Below are positions 18,932 through 29,499 of a stretch of 64,000 bases of DNA, piece by piece. A program made the translations under genes and the position numbers. The DNA lies in NCBI GenBank assembly GCA_964533855.1, contig CAZHNM010000014.1, positions 5,238 to 69,237 on the forward strand. Direction: 5' to 3'. Positions within the stretch are counted from its first letter, which is position 1. Every line of letters begins with the position of its first letter. The stretch comes from an uncultured Brevinematales bacterium (GTDB lineage Bacteria > Spirochaetota > Brevinematia > Brevinematales > JAOACQ01). The notes beneath the pieces were generated by a model. It searched no databases. It had not been told where the DNA came from and saw only the letters and a program-made list of their open reading frames with translations.

Positions 18932-18970
18932 ATAAGAGGCAGTAAGGACGGTAATTCCTGACTGCCTCTT
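18932..18970 (+). other. Strong intercistronic hairpin between gap and pgk
   Basis: AAGAGGCAGT...ACTGCCTCTT with inner AGGA/TCCT pairing, followed by a T-rich run; partial terminator or mRNA stabiliser. Confidence 0.6.
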
Positions 18971-19000
18971 ATGTTTTTTTACCTTAACAGGAGGCTTAAA

Positions 19001-20269
19001 GTGAGCATTTCTAAAAAGACCGTAAAGGATATCGATTTAACCGGCAAACGTATTATTATGAGAGTGGACTTTAATGTCCCTATGAAAGACGGAGTGGTCC
19101 AGGACGATACCCGCATCAAAGCGGCCATGCCTACGATAAATTATATTTTAGCGCATAAAGCTAAAAGCCTTGTCCTGATGTCGCATCTGGGCGACCCTAA
19201 AAAAGATATGGAAAAGGCCAGGGAAAAGACCGTAAAAGACGGTAAAGTTTTCGATGAAAAAAAATACCTTGCAGGCAAGCATATGCTTAAACCCGTCTGC
19301 GATCATTTCGCCAAACTGCTGGGAAAAGAAGTTAAATTCGCACCCGACGCTCTCGGGGCTGATACAAAAAAGCTCGTTGATTCCCTCAAGGACGGAGAGG
19401 TCCTGATGCTTGAAAATACGCGCTTTCATAAGGAAGAAACATCAAAGGACGCCGCGGACAGGGAAAAGATGGCCAAAGAATTAGCCTCCTACGGCGACAT
19501 TTTTGTTAACGATGCCTTCGGAACTGCACACAGGGCGCATGCCTCCACTGAAACAATCGCGCACTTCCTTCCCGCGGTCGCAGGTTTCCTGATGGAAAAA
19601 GAGCTCGAGTATCTTGACGAAAAGGTTGTCAAGAACCCTGCAAAACCTTTCGTTGCGATAATCGGCGGAGCTAAAGTATCATCGAAAATAAGCGTGCTGG
19701 AAAGCCTGCTGGAAAAAGTAGACAAGCTCATCGTGGGCGGCGGAATGGCTTATACATTCTTAAAAGCGAAAGGCCTGAGCGTCGGAACATCCCTGATAGA
19801 AGACGATATGATAGAAAAGGCCCGCAATATCCTCCAGAAGGCATACGAAACGCATGTCTATATATACCTGCCCATAGACCATATAGTCACTCATGAATTC
19901 TCGGCCGATGCGCCTTTTAAGCATGTCGCAAGGGGCAATATCGACGAAGGCGAGATGGGAATGGATATTGGACCGCTGACAATTGAAAAATTCCAGGGAG
20001 CCCTGAAAGGCGCAAAAACAGTCTTCTGGAACGGCCCGCTCGGTGTTTTCGAATTTCCTAAATTCTCGAAAGGCACCATGGCTATTGCTGAAACACTTGC
20101 AAACCTGCCGGACTGCATTACCGTAATAGGCGGCGGAGATTCCGTATCAGCCGTCAACAAGGCCGGTGTAGCCGATAAAATGTCTCATATTTCGACAGGC
20201 GGCGGCGCTTCTCTTGAACTTGTTGAGGGAAAGGTTCTCCCCGGTGTCGCAGCCCTGATGGATAAATAG
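19001..20269 (+). CDS. pgk: Phosphoglycerate kinase
   Basis: MRVDFNVP, SHLG, LENTRF, NDAFGTAHRAHAS, GGGDS, HISTGGGASLE; GTG start after GGAGG. Confidence 0.98.
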   Translation: MSISKKTVKDIDLTGKRIIMRVDFNVPMKDGVVQDDTRIKAAMPTINYILAHKAKSLVLMSHLGDPKKDMEKAREKTVKDGKVFDEKKYLAGKHMLKPVCDHFAKLLGKEVKFAPDALGADTKKLVDSLKDGEVLMLENTRFHKEETSKDAADREKMAKELASYGDIFVNDAFGTAHRAHASTETIAHFLPAVAGFLMEKELEYLDEKVVKNPAKPFVAIIGGAKVSSKISVLESLLEKVDKLIVGGGMAYTFLKAKGLSVGTSLIEDDMIEKARNILQKAYETHVYIYLPIDHIVTHEFSADAPFKHVARGNIDEGEMGMDIGPLTIEKFQGALKGAKTVFWNGPLGVFEFPKFSKGTMAIAETLANLPDCITVIGGGDSVSAVNKAGVADKMSHISTGGGASLELVEGKVLPGVAALMDK

Positions 20270-20301
20270 GAACTAGACCATATTAATTTAAGGAGATTAA
20301 A

Positions 20302-21060
20302 ATGTCCCGCAAACCGTTTATAGCAGGCAACTGGAAAATGTATAAAACAATAGCCGAAGGCCTGAGTTTTTCTGATGAATTCAGGAAGCTTGTATCCGAT
20401 GTCAAGGACAGGGATATGCTCATTTGCGCGCCCTTCACCCTGCTCCAGCCTCTTGCACAGGCTTTTAAGGGAAGCAATATAAAGCTCGGCGCTCAGAATA
20501 TGTATTTCGAGAAAGAAGGCGCTTTTACCGGTGAAATATCACCCCTTCAGGTCCTTGATGCCGGGGCAGCCTATGTCCTCCTCGGACATTCGGAACGCCG
20601 CCATGTCTTCGGGGAAAAAGACAGCCTTATCAACAAAAAAATGATTTCTGCGCTGGCGGCCGGGCTATTGCCCGTGCTCTGCGTCGGAGAACTTCTCGAA
20701 GAAAGGGAAAAAGGTAAAACCGAAGAAGTAGTCAAGACACAGGTCATGGAAGGATTTAAGAATATCGATAAAGAAACTGCCCGGAAAGTCACGATAGCTT
20801 ATGAACCAGTGTGGGCGATTGGAACCGGTAAAACAGCCACTCCGGAAGACGCAGACAGCGTTCATGCATATATCAGAAAGGTATTGACCGAAGTATACGG
20901 CTCCGAATTCGCCCTGTCGATGAGAATTCAATACGGCGGATCAGTGAAAGCAGAAAATATCGATACCCTTATGGCAAAGGAGAATATCGACGGTGCGTTG
21001 GTAGGCGGAGCGAGCCTGAAAGCCGAAACTTTCGCAAGGATCGTTAAATTTCAGAAGTAA
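20302..21060 (+). CDS. tpiA: Triosephosphate isomerase
   Basis: AGNWKM, GHSERR, AYEPVWAIGTG, YGGSV, LVGGASL. Confidence 0.98.
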   Translation: MSRKPFIAGNWKMYKTIAEGLSFSDEFRKLVSDVKDRDMLICAPFTLLQPLAQAFKGSNIKLGAQNMYFEKEGAFTGEISPLQVLDAGAAYVLLGHSERRHVFGEKDSLINKKMISALAAGLLPVLCVGELLEEREKGKTEEVVKTQVMEGFKNIDKETARKVTIAYEPVWAIGTGKTATPEDADSVHAYIRKVLTEVYGSEFALSMRIQYGGSVKAENIDTLMAKENIDGALVGGASLKAETFARIVKFQK

Positions 21061-21086
21061 AAGAGCGGGAGGTTATTATTCTTTTC

Positions 21087-21272
21087 ATGAAGTATTTTGA
21101 TCTTAGAGCAGAAGTGAAGGATGTTGTCCATGAAATTCTGGAGTATAAGTGGCTGGAAAGTGAAAAAGCGGGAAAAGACATCGGCCTCCAGAGGGCGGCC
21201 TTTGAATGGATAACCAGATACTATGATGGCTGGTTTAAATTCAATAATCAGCGTTATTCAAAAAACATTTAA
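21087..21272 (+). CDS. Small protein resembling the DUF4032 C-terminal motif
   Basis: EILEYKWLESEKAGKDIG...AAFEW; RBS GGGAGG. Confidence 0.55.
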   Translation: MKYFDLRAEVKDVVHEILEYKWLESEKAGKDIGLQRAAFEWITRYYDGWFKFNNQRYSKNI

Positions 21273-21284
21273 AAGTAAAACCGT

Positions 21285-23246
21285 TTGATGAAAGCCGTTA
21301 GGTGGATTATTTTTTCTGTAATTTTTCTTTCCGTGGTCACATTCGTTGTTGCTGTCTGGTTTTATACCGCCAATCCGGGTTATATTTTTAAAGCTCTCTC
21401 AGACAGCCTTCATGATACATATTCACTCGATATAAAAGCCTCGAAAGTAGGCTTCGACCTGCTCCATGGAGTGGAAATATCCGGAGTCACCCTGTCTTCC
21501 GCTTCGGGTAAACTCTATTTCAGGAAAGGAAGCATCCTGTATAATCCCATCGCCCTTTTTAATAAAAAAATCGATATACTCGGCATCAAAGTCATCGGCC
21601 TTGAAACGCATGCAGACATGATCGAAAATCTCTACCATATATTCTCGAAAAAATCTTCGCCTGCCGGCCCGGCTGCCTTCAATATTGCGGTCCACAGGCT
21701 TGAAATAGAAGATTCGACTTTCATTTATAATGACATACCTTTCAGTATATATCTCTCGATCTCTCCTGACAGGCCCATAGACCGCATGCCGCTCACGCTT
21801 ATGGTCAAATCAAGCGCCGGGGAGATAGCTTTCAGGGGCAATACAAGTTCCGGAAAGATAAAAGTATCACGGCTCGATATCGACTCGATTTTCAAGACAG
21901 GAAGTTCCATTGTAATCGACGATTTAGACGCGTCTGTAACCAGGGATAAAAACAGCCTGTTGTACTGCGATTGCTTCACTCTCGGTATGTATTACAATAA
22001 GATGCTGTTCAAATCCGCGGGACCGTTTAAATTTAATTTTAACCCGAAGGATAAAATTCTCGCAGTTAACGATATAACGGCCGTCATGTCGGAAAGCACC
22101 GCTAAGGCGTCCAGCCTGTCATACGACTTCGTTGAAAAAAGGCTTGAAATAGTCGCGGAGTCTTCTTCGATCGATATCGGAGACTTCCTCCCCCGTGCCG
22201 CGGGACGACTGAGCGGCCCTTTTTCATTAATTTCTCATGACGGTTTGATATTGAGCGGTGATTTTAAGGTATCAGCTTTAGACTATGATTCCATAAGGAA
22301 TTGCGAAGGGACCGTTTCTATTGTGAGCAATGCTATGAAAGCCGAAGCCGTGGCAGTCACTCCGGCCGGAAAAGCCGAAGCCGTTATTGAAACTGGCGAC
22401 ATTTTCAACCTCGGAATAGCTGTTCAGGTCAAGATAGACGAGTTCGATATTGAAAAGGTGATCTCTTCTCTCGGAGAAGTGAAAAGCTCATCCATGCAGG
22501 CCCAGGCTCCTGACCAGACTCCTGCCGCAAAGCAGCTGTTTAAAATTTATCCGGTCGATTTTATTTTTGAAATAAAAAATATCATCTATAAAAAATTTTC
22601 TGTTACCGACGCGAGGATTGCAGGCGAGGCGGAACCGGGACGTCTGGCTGTCAGGGAATTAAAGGCTCAGTTTTTCCGCGGGACATTAAGCTCCGGCTTC
22701 GTAATATCGGGAGGATCGCTTTCAGGCGGAATAAAACTGGAAGGCTGCAGGCTGAAAGACTTTTCAAATCTCTTCCTTGAAGACGGCATTAAAAGGCTCT
22801 ACGGCATTTTTTCTTTCAGCGGAAATTTCATTGTGCCTCTCCAGGACATAAAACTCTCTTCGGGAACATTCGAAGCTGCCATCGTCAACGGGGAGGTCAG
22901 GGATTTTTTCCTCCAGGAGGCGATAGCCCAGACCCTTTACGATATCCCGATGAATGATATTTTTTTCGATTCCATCCATGCAAAGGGAAAATTAGAGAAT
23001 AGTAAAATCACAATCGAAGAAGCCGGCTTCGAGAGCAGGGATATTATTGCAAGCGCCCATGGAGCAGCATCGCTTTCAGATAACGCCATCGACTTCAGCG
23101 GAAATATCAGGTTCCTGAGCTCATATCTGGCAGACCTTCCTAACGTTACACAGATATTTACCGCCGGACATGAATCCGGCGGCTGGGTGAGTTTCGATGT
23201 AAAAGCCGGGGGGACATTTGCAAAACCGGCTGTCAGCATAGAATGA
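21285..23246 (+). CDS. AsmA-family protein
   Basis: N-terminal TM anchor, beta-rich body, AsmA-like C-terminus (FDSIHAKGKLENSKITIEEAGFES..ASAHG..DFSGNI). Confidence 0.7.
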   Translation: MMKAVRWIIFSVIFLSVVTFVVAVWFYTANPGYIFKALSDSLHDTYSLDIKASKVGFDLLHGVEISGVTLSSASGKLYFRKGSILYNPIALFNKKIDILGIKVIGLETHADMIENLYHIFSKKSSPAGPAAFNIAVHRLEIEDSTFIYNDIPFSIYLSISPDRPIDRMPLTLMVKSSAGEIAFRGNTSSGKIKVSRLDIDSIFKTGSSIVIDDLDASVTRDKNSLLYCDCFTLGMYYNKMLFKSAGPFKFNFNPKDKILAVNDITAVMSESTAKASSLSYDFVEKRLEIVAESSSIDIGDFLPRAAGRLSGPFSLISHDGLILSGDFKVSALDYDSIRNCEGTVSIVSNAMKAEAVAVTPAGKAEAVIETGDIFNLGIAVQVKIDEFDIEKVISSLGEVKSSSMQAQAPDQTPAAKQLFKIYPVDFIFEIKNIIYKKFSVTDARIAGEAEPGRLAVRELKAQFFRGTLSSGFVISGGSLSGGIKLEGCRLKDFSNLFLEDGIKRLYGIFSFSGNFIVPLQDIKLSSGTFEAAIVNGEVRDFFLQEAIAQTLYDIPMNDIFFDSIHAKGKLENSKITIEEAGFESRDIIASAHGAASLSDNAIDFSGNIRFLSSYLADLPNVTQIFTAGHESGGWVSFDVKAGGTFAKPAVSIE

Positions 23247-23296
23247 TACTTTGATAATTGTTGATCCGCGATGTATACTTATATCAGGAGAGAAAT

Positions 23297-24394
23297 ATGG
23301 ATTTTATCGACTTGAAAAGCCAGTACAGGGATATTAAAGCTGATGTGGATGCAAAAATAAATTCTATCATAAGCAGAACGGCTTTTATCGGCGGCCCGGA
23401 AATCAGGGAACTTGAGGAAAAGCTTGCCGCCTACACAGGCGCCGGTTATGCGGTAGGATGCTCTTCAGGTACGGATGCGCTAATACTTCCCCTGCTTGCG
23501 CTCGGCATTAAACCCGGCGACGAGGTGATAACCACCCCTTTTACTTTCATAGCCACGGCCGAAGTTGTGTCATTTATCGGGGCGACTCCCGTTTTCACGG
23601 ATATTAACTCTGAAAATTATAATATTGACATTACACGGATCGAGAGCCGGATCACATCCAGGACTAAGGCGATAATTCCAGTATCTCTTTACGGCCAGGT
23701 CCCCGACATGGATGAAATAAACCGCATAGCAAAAAAGCATAATATTTTTGTCATAGAAGACGCGGCCCAGTCATTCGGAGCCGTCTACAGGGGCCGCAAA
23801 TCCTGTTCGCTGACCGGAGCAGGTGCAACATCCTTTTACCCGTCCAAACCCCTCGCCTGCTACGGCGACGGCGGTATGGTTTTCACAAATGACGGAGATC
23901 TTGCCGCAAAGATGAGAAGCATTTTAAACCATGGCCAGGGTGAAAGGTATATCCATAAATATATCGGGCTGAATTTCAGGCTCGATACGATCCAGGCCGG
24001 GATTTTACTCGCAAAATTCACACGTTTCGAACAGGAAGCTGATAAAAGATTCGAATTAGGGAAAAAATACAATGAACTCCTGAAAGACAGTCCGGTTATT
24101 ACCCCCCGCATAGAAGATTATACCGGAAGGCATGTCTTCGCCCAATACTCCGTCAGGGTAAAGAACAGGCAGGAAGTTATCGAAAAACTTAAAGAAAAAG
24201 GCATACCTACGGCAATACATTATCCCATACCTATCCATCTCCAGGAAGCATATAAATATCTGGGATACAAACCGGGCGATTTCCCGGTTTCAGAGAAAAT
24301 AGCGGGGGAAATTTTCAGCCTGCCCATGCACCCCTACCTGACTCTGCAGGACCAGGTATTAATAAGCGATACAATTAAATCAGCGGCGCGCTAA
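23297..24394 (+). CDS. DegT/DnrJ/EryC1/StrS PLP-dependent aminotransferase (WbpE/GnnB-like)
   Basis: FIDLKSQY, SSGTDAL, TPFTFIAT, IEDAAQSFGA, TSFYPSKPL..GDGG. Confidence 0.92.
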   Translation: MDFIDLKSQYRDIKADVDAKINSIISRTAFIGGPEIRELEEKLAAYTGAGYAVGCSSGTDALILPLLALGIKPGDEVITTPFTFIATAEVVSFIGATPVFTDINSENYNIDITRIESRITSRTKAIIPVSLYGQVPDMDEINRIAKKHNIFVIEDAAQSFGAVYRGRKSCSLTGAGATSFYPSKPLACYGDGGMVFTNDGDLAAKMRSILNHGQGERYIHKYIGLNFRLDTIQAGILLAKFTRFEQEADKRFELGKKYNELLKDSPVITPRIEDYTGRHVFAQYSVRVKNRQEVIEKLKEKGIPTAIHYPIPIHLQEAYKYLGYKPGDFPVSEKIAGEIFSLPMHPYLTLQDQVLISDTIKSAAR

Positions 24395-24417
24395 TCAAGG
24401 AGGTCGCTGGAATAACC

Positions 24418-25656
24418 ATGGAGAATTGGCTTTGGTTAAACCCCGCTCTTATCGTAATACTCTTATTGCTTTCCGGTTTCTTTTCATCGTCTGAGACTGC
24501 GCTGTTTGCGCTCGACGAGATGAAATTAAAAAACATGCACAATAAAAAGGACAAAAGAAGAATAAAGGTCCTTCTCCAGAACACATCGATACTGCTTATA
24601 ACAATCCTCGCATGCAATACGGCTGTCAATACGGCCGCGGCCGCCCTCATAGAAAAACAGCTGTCTATCGGCAGCATAGTCTATTCAACCATCGCCGTGA
24701 CCGTGATAATTCTCTTTATAGGGGATATCAGCCCCAAGACCATAGCCATACTCCGGGAAGAGCGCGTAGCCGCATTGAACTCGAAGATGTTATATCCCAT
24801 ATATATCCTCTTCAGCCCGATAACCCGCCTGGTAAACGTTTTAACCACGGGTTTTGTCGATTACCTTAGAAGGATACACCCTAAAGACAGCAGGGAGCCC
24901 GACAGGGAGAGGTTAACGGCAATTCTCTCGATCGTTTCCCGGGAGGATATTTTCAACAAGGACGAAAAGATACTAATTGAAAATATCGTTCATTTCACGG
25001 AAAGGGAAGTATGGAATATTATGACACCCAGGACGAAGGTGTTTTCAATCGAAAGGGGTTTACTTTTGAAAGACCTGATCCGCCAGGCGAAGAGAATGAA
25101 AATGTCCAAGATCCCGGTTTATGAAAGAACAGACGATAACCTTGTCGGAATGATCTATATGAAGGAAATTTTCCATTACTTTCTGTACCCCGAGAAGATT
25201 GACAACAAGAAGGCTGAAGATATAATGGAAAGCGTTTATTTTGTTCCTGAAACAAAGAAACTTTCCGACATGCTCGATGATTTCAAAAAAAAGAAGATCA
25301 GGATAGCCGCAGTCGTCGATGAGTATGGAAGCGCTCTCGGGATAGTTACTATGGCGGATGTTCTCGGAGAGATCGTCGGCGAACTTATGGATGAAAGCTT
25401 TACCATGGAGAAGAAAATAATAAAACTCCCGAAGAACAGGTTTCTCGTAAGCGGGGAATTGAGCCTTGTCGATTTTAACGATTATTTCCAGACTGAATTG
25501 AAAAGCGTCGATTATGAAACATTAGCAGGATATGTTATTGAAATGGCCGGTGATATACCGGATACGGGGTATTCATTCGAAACAAACGGGTATAACATAA
25601 GCGTCAGGGAAAAGAGCGATAAGACGCTTGAACTATTGATGGTTGAAAAAAAATAA
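24418..25656 (+). CDS. CNNM/hemolysin-family CBS-domain protein (CorC/HlyC)
   Basis: SGFFSSSETALF, IMTPRT, VVDEYGSALGIVT, C-terminal CorC_HlyC. Confidence 0.92.
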   Translation: MENWLWLNPALIVILLLLSGFFSSSETALFALDEMKLKNMHNKKDKRRIKVLLQNTSILLITILACNTAVNTAAAALIEKQLSIGSIVYSTIAVTVIILFIGDISPKTIAILREERVAALNSKMLYPIYILFSPITRLVNVLTTGFVDYLRRIHPKDSREPDRERLTAILSIVSREDIFNKDEKILIENIVHFTEREVWNIMTPRTKVFSIERGLLLKDLIRQAKRMKMSKIPVYERTDDNLVGMIYMKEIFHYFLYPEKIDNKKAEDIMESVYFVPETKKLSDMLDDFKKKKIRIAAVVDEYGSALGIVTMADVLGEIVGELMDESFTMEKKIIKLPKNRFLVSGELSLVDFNDYFQTELKSVDYETLAGYVIEMAGDIPDTGYSFETNGYNISVREKSDKTLELLMVEKK

Positions 25657-25669
25657 AGGGCATGGTGGC

Positions 25670-26932
25670 ATGGAACTGATTATCGCAGCCGGATTTTTAT
25701 TACTGTCAGCCTTTTTTAACGGCAGTGAAACGGCTTTCATATCAATCAACAAGGTTAAGCTTTATTCACGCCTCGAAAACGGTTATTATAGCGCCAGAAT
25801 TCTTACAATGTTAGCAAAGAGTTCCGAAAGCGTGATCGGGGGTTTTCTGATCGGTGTCAATATCTGCGATGTCGCCGTTGTATTGATATTCAATGTTTAC
25901 CTCGCAAAACTTATAGGCCCCGGCCCTCTCGTACCGCTTTATTCGACATTGATCCTGACCCCCGTAATAGCGGTATTCGCCACTCTTTTCCCGAAAATCA
26001 TTTTCAGGGAATACGCCGATGAGATCATGTCAAAGCTGTCTTATTTATATCTTGTAATATATATTCTTCTCTACCCTTTCCAGTTCATTTTTGTCAGGAC
26101 AGTGAAATTTCTGCTTCAGATAATGGGGCTTAAAAAGAAAAAGACCATGTTTTCAAAGGACGAGTTCGGCATCCTGCTCGATATGACCACGGAAAAAGGA
26201 ATTTTGAAGCAGAGTGAAAAGGAAATCATAGAAAGCATTATGAAATTCCGTAATATTAAAGCCCGTGAAATCATGGTTCCGCTCATCCGCATGACTTGCG
26301 TCGAAGAAAACGATACGGTGGAGATAGCTTCCGCCCTGATGCTCTCTACAGGGCATACAAGGCTTCCGGTCTTCAGGATAAGGGTTGACAACATGCTCGG
26401 CTATATCGAGAACAAGGACCTCCTTGCCGCAGTCAAGCATGACAGAGTCTCGAGCTATATCAGGGAGGGCATAATTGTTCCCGAAAGCGCCCCTATCAAC
26501 AGGGTCCTTGTCGGCATGCAGAACGCTAAAGCGCAGATAGCCTTCGTGGTTGACGAATACGGCGGAGTAATGGGCGCGATTTCCAACCAGGATATCATTA
26601 CCGAGATCATCGGAGAATTCGTCGAGATGAAAGGCGACTGGATTAAAAAAGAGGGTGAAGCATATATAGTTAACGGAATGATAGGGATCGACGAAATAAA
26701 CGAGCTTTTAAACCTGAAAATAAAAAAATCGGATTTTGAAACGGCTGCCGGATTCATGCTTCATGAGCTTGAAAATATTCCCAGTCCGGGCGACAGCATA
26801 GAAGTCGGAAAATTTATTTTCGAAGTTTACTCCGCCACCAATGTACGCATTAAACAGATAAAGATTTACCCCAGGACAAGAAAGGCCTCTGGAAAATCAA
26901 AAAAAAGGACAGGGACTAAGCATGAGCACTGA
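25670..26932 (+). CDS. Second CNNM/hemolysin-family CBS-domain protein
   Basis: SAFFNGSETAF, GHTRLPV, VVDEYGG, C-terminal CorC_HlyC. Confidence 0.92.
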   Translation: MELIIAAGFLLLSAFFNGSETAFISINKVKLYSRLENGYYSARILTMLAKSSESVIGGFLIGVNICDVAVVLIFNVYLAKLIGPGPLVPLYSTLILTPVIAVFATLFPKIIFREYADEIMSKLSYLYLVIYILLYPFQFIFVRTVKFLLQIMGLKKKKTMFSKDEFGILLDMTTEKGILKQSEKEIIESIMKFRNIKAREIMVPLIRMTCVEENDTVEIASALMLSTGHTRLPVFRIRVDNMLGYIENKDLLAAVKHDRVSSYIREGIIVPESAPINRVLVGMQNAKAQIAFVVDEYGGVMGAISNQDIITEIIGEFVEMKGDWIKKEGEAYIVNGMIGIDEINELLNLKIKKSDFETAAGFMLHELENIPSPGDSIEVGKFIFEVYSATNVRIKQIKIYPRTRKASGKSKKRTGTKHEH

Positions 26933-28169
26933 TATATCAGACTCTGACGGGCAGGAGGAGTCAATCTCCTTTAACCCGAGGAAAATAAAGCCGGTTAAAC
27001 GCGAAGTCGAACTGGTGATCGAAAAATATGCCTCCGAGGGTTCCTCGATTGGCTATGATGAAGGAAAGGTCGTCTTTGTCAGATATGCGCTTCCGGGCGA
27101 AAAAGTCCTGGCAAATGTCTACAAGGAAACATCGGATTATGCGGTGGCTGAGCCGCTGGAGATCATCACGCCCTCACCCGACAGGATAAAAGCGCCCTGC
27201 CCTTATTTCGGGCTTTGCGGCGGATGCGATTACCAGATGCTGCCTTATGAAAAGCAGCTCGAAGCGAAGGCGCAGCTTTCCCTCGAAGTTTTCAGGCGGA
27301 TCGGAGGATTTACACTTCCTGAACTGACCGGCACGGTTAAAAGCCCGTCTGAATATTATTACAGGAACACCGAAACATTCAAAGTCAATCCCAGGAAAAA
27401 TCTCATAGGGTTTTTCAGGAAAGACACCAAATTTATAGTGGATATCAATGTTTGCATGCTCGCGATGCCGGGAATAAACGAAGCCCTTGCAGATATAAGA
27501 TTGAGAGGGCCCTTTCCACCCCATAATTTCAAGGTCAGGACTACAGGAAAGGGAGACACAGTCGTCCACTGGGTTAAGACCGAGAATTACGAGGATAGGG
27601 AAGTTTTCGAAACAATAAGCGCTGCCGGAAGGGATCTTACTTTCAAGATTTCAAAGGACAGTTTTTTCCAGGTAAATAATTCAGTGATACCCCTCTGGAT
27701 TGAAAAGATCATTTCTTTCCTGGATCCGGACGGCCATGAAAAAATATACGATCTTTACAGCGGGATAGGTCTCATAACCCTTTTTGTGAGTTTTTTTGCA
27801 AAGGAGACAATAGGCATAGAGATCGCTAAAAGTTCTGTTCAGGATGCCGATTATAACCTTAATCTGAACAATATTAAATCCAATGTAAAATTCATCCAGG
27901 CCGGAGTGGAGGAGAAGATCGCCGAACTCGGCTGCGCCGACGTTATAATAATCGATCCCCCGAGAAGAGGCCTTGACCCTGAAACCATAGCCTCTATTAA
28001 ACGTTCAGGACCGGGAAAGATAATCTACTCTTCCTGCAGGCCCTCGACGATGGCAAGGGACATAAAAGATTTTTCAGATGAGTACACGATCAAAGAAATG
28101 TACCTGTTCGATATGTTCCCGCAGACCCAGCATATGGAAATGCTGTCCCTGCTCACGAGGAAAAACTGA
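26922..28169 (+). CDS. TRAM-domain m5U RNA methyltransferase (RlmD/TrmA family)
   Basis: CPYFGLCGGC Fe-S motif, SFFQVN, DLYSGIG, IDPPRRG, catalytic YSSC, DMFPQT. Confidence 0.9.
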   Translation: MSTDISDSDGQEESISFNPRKIKPVKREVELVIEKYASEGSSIGYDEGKVVFVRYALPGEKVLANVYKETSDYAVAEPLEIITPSPDRIKAPCPYFGLCGGCDYQMLPYEKQLEAKAQLSLEVFRRIGGFTLPELTGTVKSPSEYYYRNTETFKVNPRKNLIGFFRKDTKFIVDINVCMLAMPGINEALADIRLRGPFPPHNFKVRTTGKGDTVVHWVKTENYEDREVFETISAAGRDLTFKISKDSFFQVNNSVIPLWIEKIISFLDPDGHEKIYDLYSGIGLITLFVSFFAKETIGIEIAKSSVQDADYNLNLNNIKSNVKFIQAGVEEKIAELGCADVIIIDPPRRGLDPETIASIKRSGPGKIIYSSCRPSTMARDIKDFSDEYTIKEMYLFDMFPQTQHMEMLSLLTRKN

Positions 28170-28181
28170 CAGGAGAAGATA

Positions 28182-29486
28182 ATGCGAATAGTTCCCATGG
28201 GCCTGATGTTTATCTGCATGACACTTTCTTCCGCTTTTATTTTCGGGTCATCGCCGGGATCGAAAGAAGAGATAAACGCAAGGATAATTAAATACAGGAC
28301 TAGCGCAGTTACTATTACCGTCAGGGATGAAAACGGCAAATCACTGAGCTCATCTGGAATTACCGTCGAAGAGACAAACCAGAAATTCCTGTTCGGCTGC
28401 AATATTTTTCTCTGGGGTTCTCTCGACAATGAGCCTGAGAAACGTAAACTTTACAGGGATTATTTCGCAGGCCTTTTCAATTACGCCACATTGCCTGTTT
28501 ACTGGAGCGGGTACGAGATCGAAAAAGGTAAAAAAAACGATCCTCTAATTTCGGATATGGCTATGTGGTGCAAAACCAACGGAATACGCACCAAGGGCCA
28601 TACGCTGATCTGGCATTACCTTGTGCCCCTGTGGGCGGATTATGACGTTACCCAGACTGAAAATGCCCTGGAGTACAGGGTTACCGATATAGTCCGTAAT
28701 TACAAGGGCCTTATAGATACCTTCGACGTCATAAATGAAAGCTTCGACGGCGCCGGGCAGGACAACTGCGTCGGAAAATGGGAAAAGGATATCGGGCCCG
28801 TCGAGGCTGCGAGAAGGGCTCTTTCCTGGGCCCGCGACGCCAATTCAAACGCGATTCTTATTGTCAATGATTACAGGACGTCGACCGATTACGAATCTCA
28901 AATCAATGTTCTCAAAAATTTAGGTTATCCTCCCGATGCTATCGGAATTCAATCTCATATGCATGGCGGAGTATGGCCCGATGAACAGATACTCGATATA
29001 GTCGAACGCTTCAGCCGTTATAATATTCCCATCCATTTCACGGAAATGACCATTCTTTCCGGGCGTCTCAAGACGGATAAAGACTGGTTCAGCTATCAGC
29101 GCGGCTGGGATACCACGCCCGAAGGAGAAAAATTACAGGCTGAGAATGCCGAAAGGGTGTACAGGCTCCTCTTCTCCCTTCCTTCGGTCGAAGCCATAAC
29201 ATGGTGGGACCTTTCCGATTATTATAACGCGGGTGTCGGGGCCTGGATGGGCGCCCCATCGGGGCTTCTGCGCAAGGATATGACCCCGAAGCCGGCATAT
29301 GAGATCCTTCATAAACTAATAAAGAAGGAATGGCGGACGGGACCTCTCTATTTAACCACGGATAAAAACGGGCAGGCGGCATTCCGCGGATTTTTGGGCC
29401 TTTACAGCATAAAGGCCGGGGACAGATCGGGTTTTTTCGATATATCGGCCGCTGTGGACGGTAAAATGACGGTTATTGTAAGATAA
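28182..29486 (+). CDS. Secreted glycoside hydrolase family 10 (endo-1,4-beta-xylanase-like)
   Basis: KGHTLIW, DVINE (acid/base), NDY, GIQSHM, HFTE (nucleophile). Confidence 0.88.
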   Translation: MRIVPMGLMFICMTLSSAFIFGSSPGSKEEINARIIKYRTSAVTITVRDENGKSLSSSGITVEETNQKFLFGCNIFLWGSLDNEPEKRKLYRDYFAGLFNYATLPVYWSGYEIEKGKKNDPLISDMAMWCKTNGIRTKGHTLIWHYLVPLWADYDVTQTENALEYRVTDIVRNYKGLIDTFDVINESFDGAGQDNCVGKWEKDIGPVEAARRALSWARDANSNAILIVNDYRTSTDYESQINVLKNLGYPPDAIGIQSHMHGGVWPDEQILDIVERFSRYNIPIHFTEMTILSGRLKTDKDWFSYQRGWDTTPEGEKLQAENAERVYRLLFSLPSVEAITWWDLSDYYNAGVGAWMGAPSGLLRKDMTPKPAYEILHKLIKKEWRTGPLYLTTDKNGQAAFRGFLGLYSIKAGDRSGFFDISAAVDGKMTVIVR

Positions 29487-29499
29487 TTAGGAGGATATT

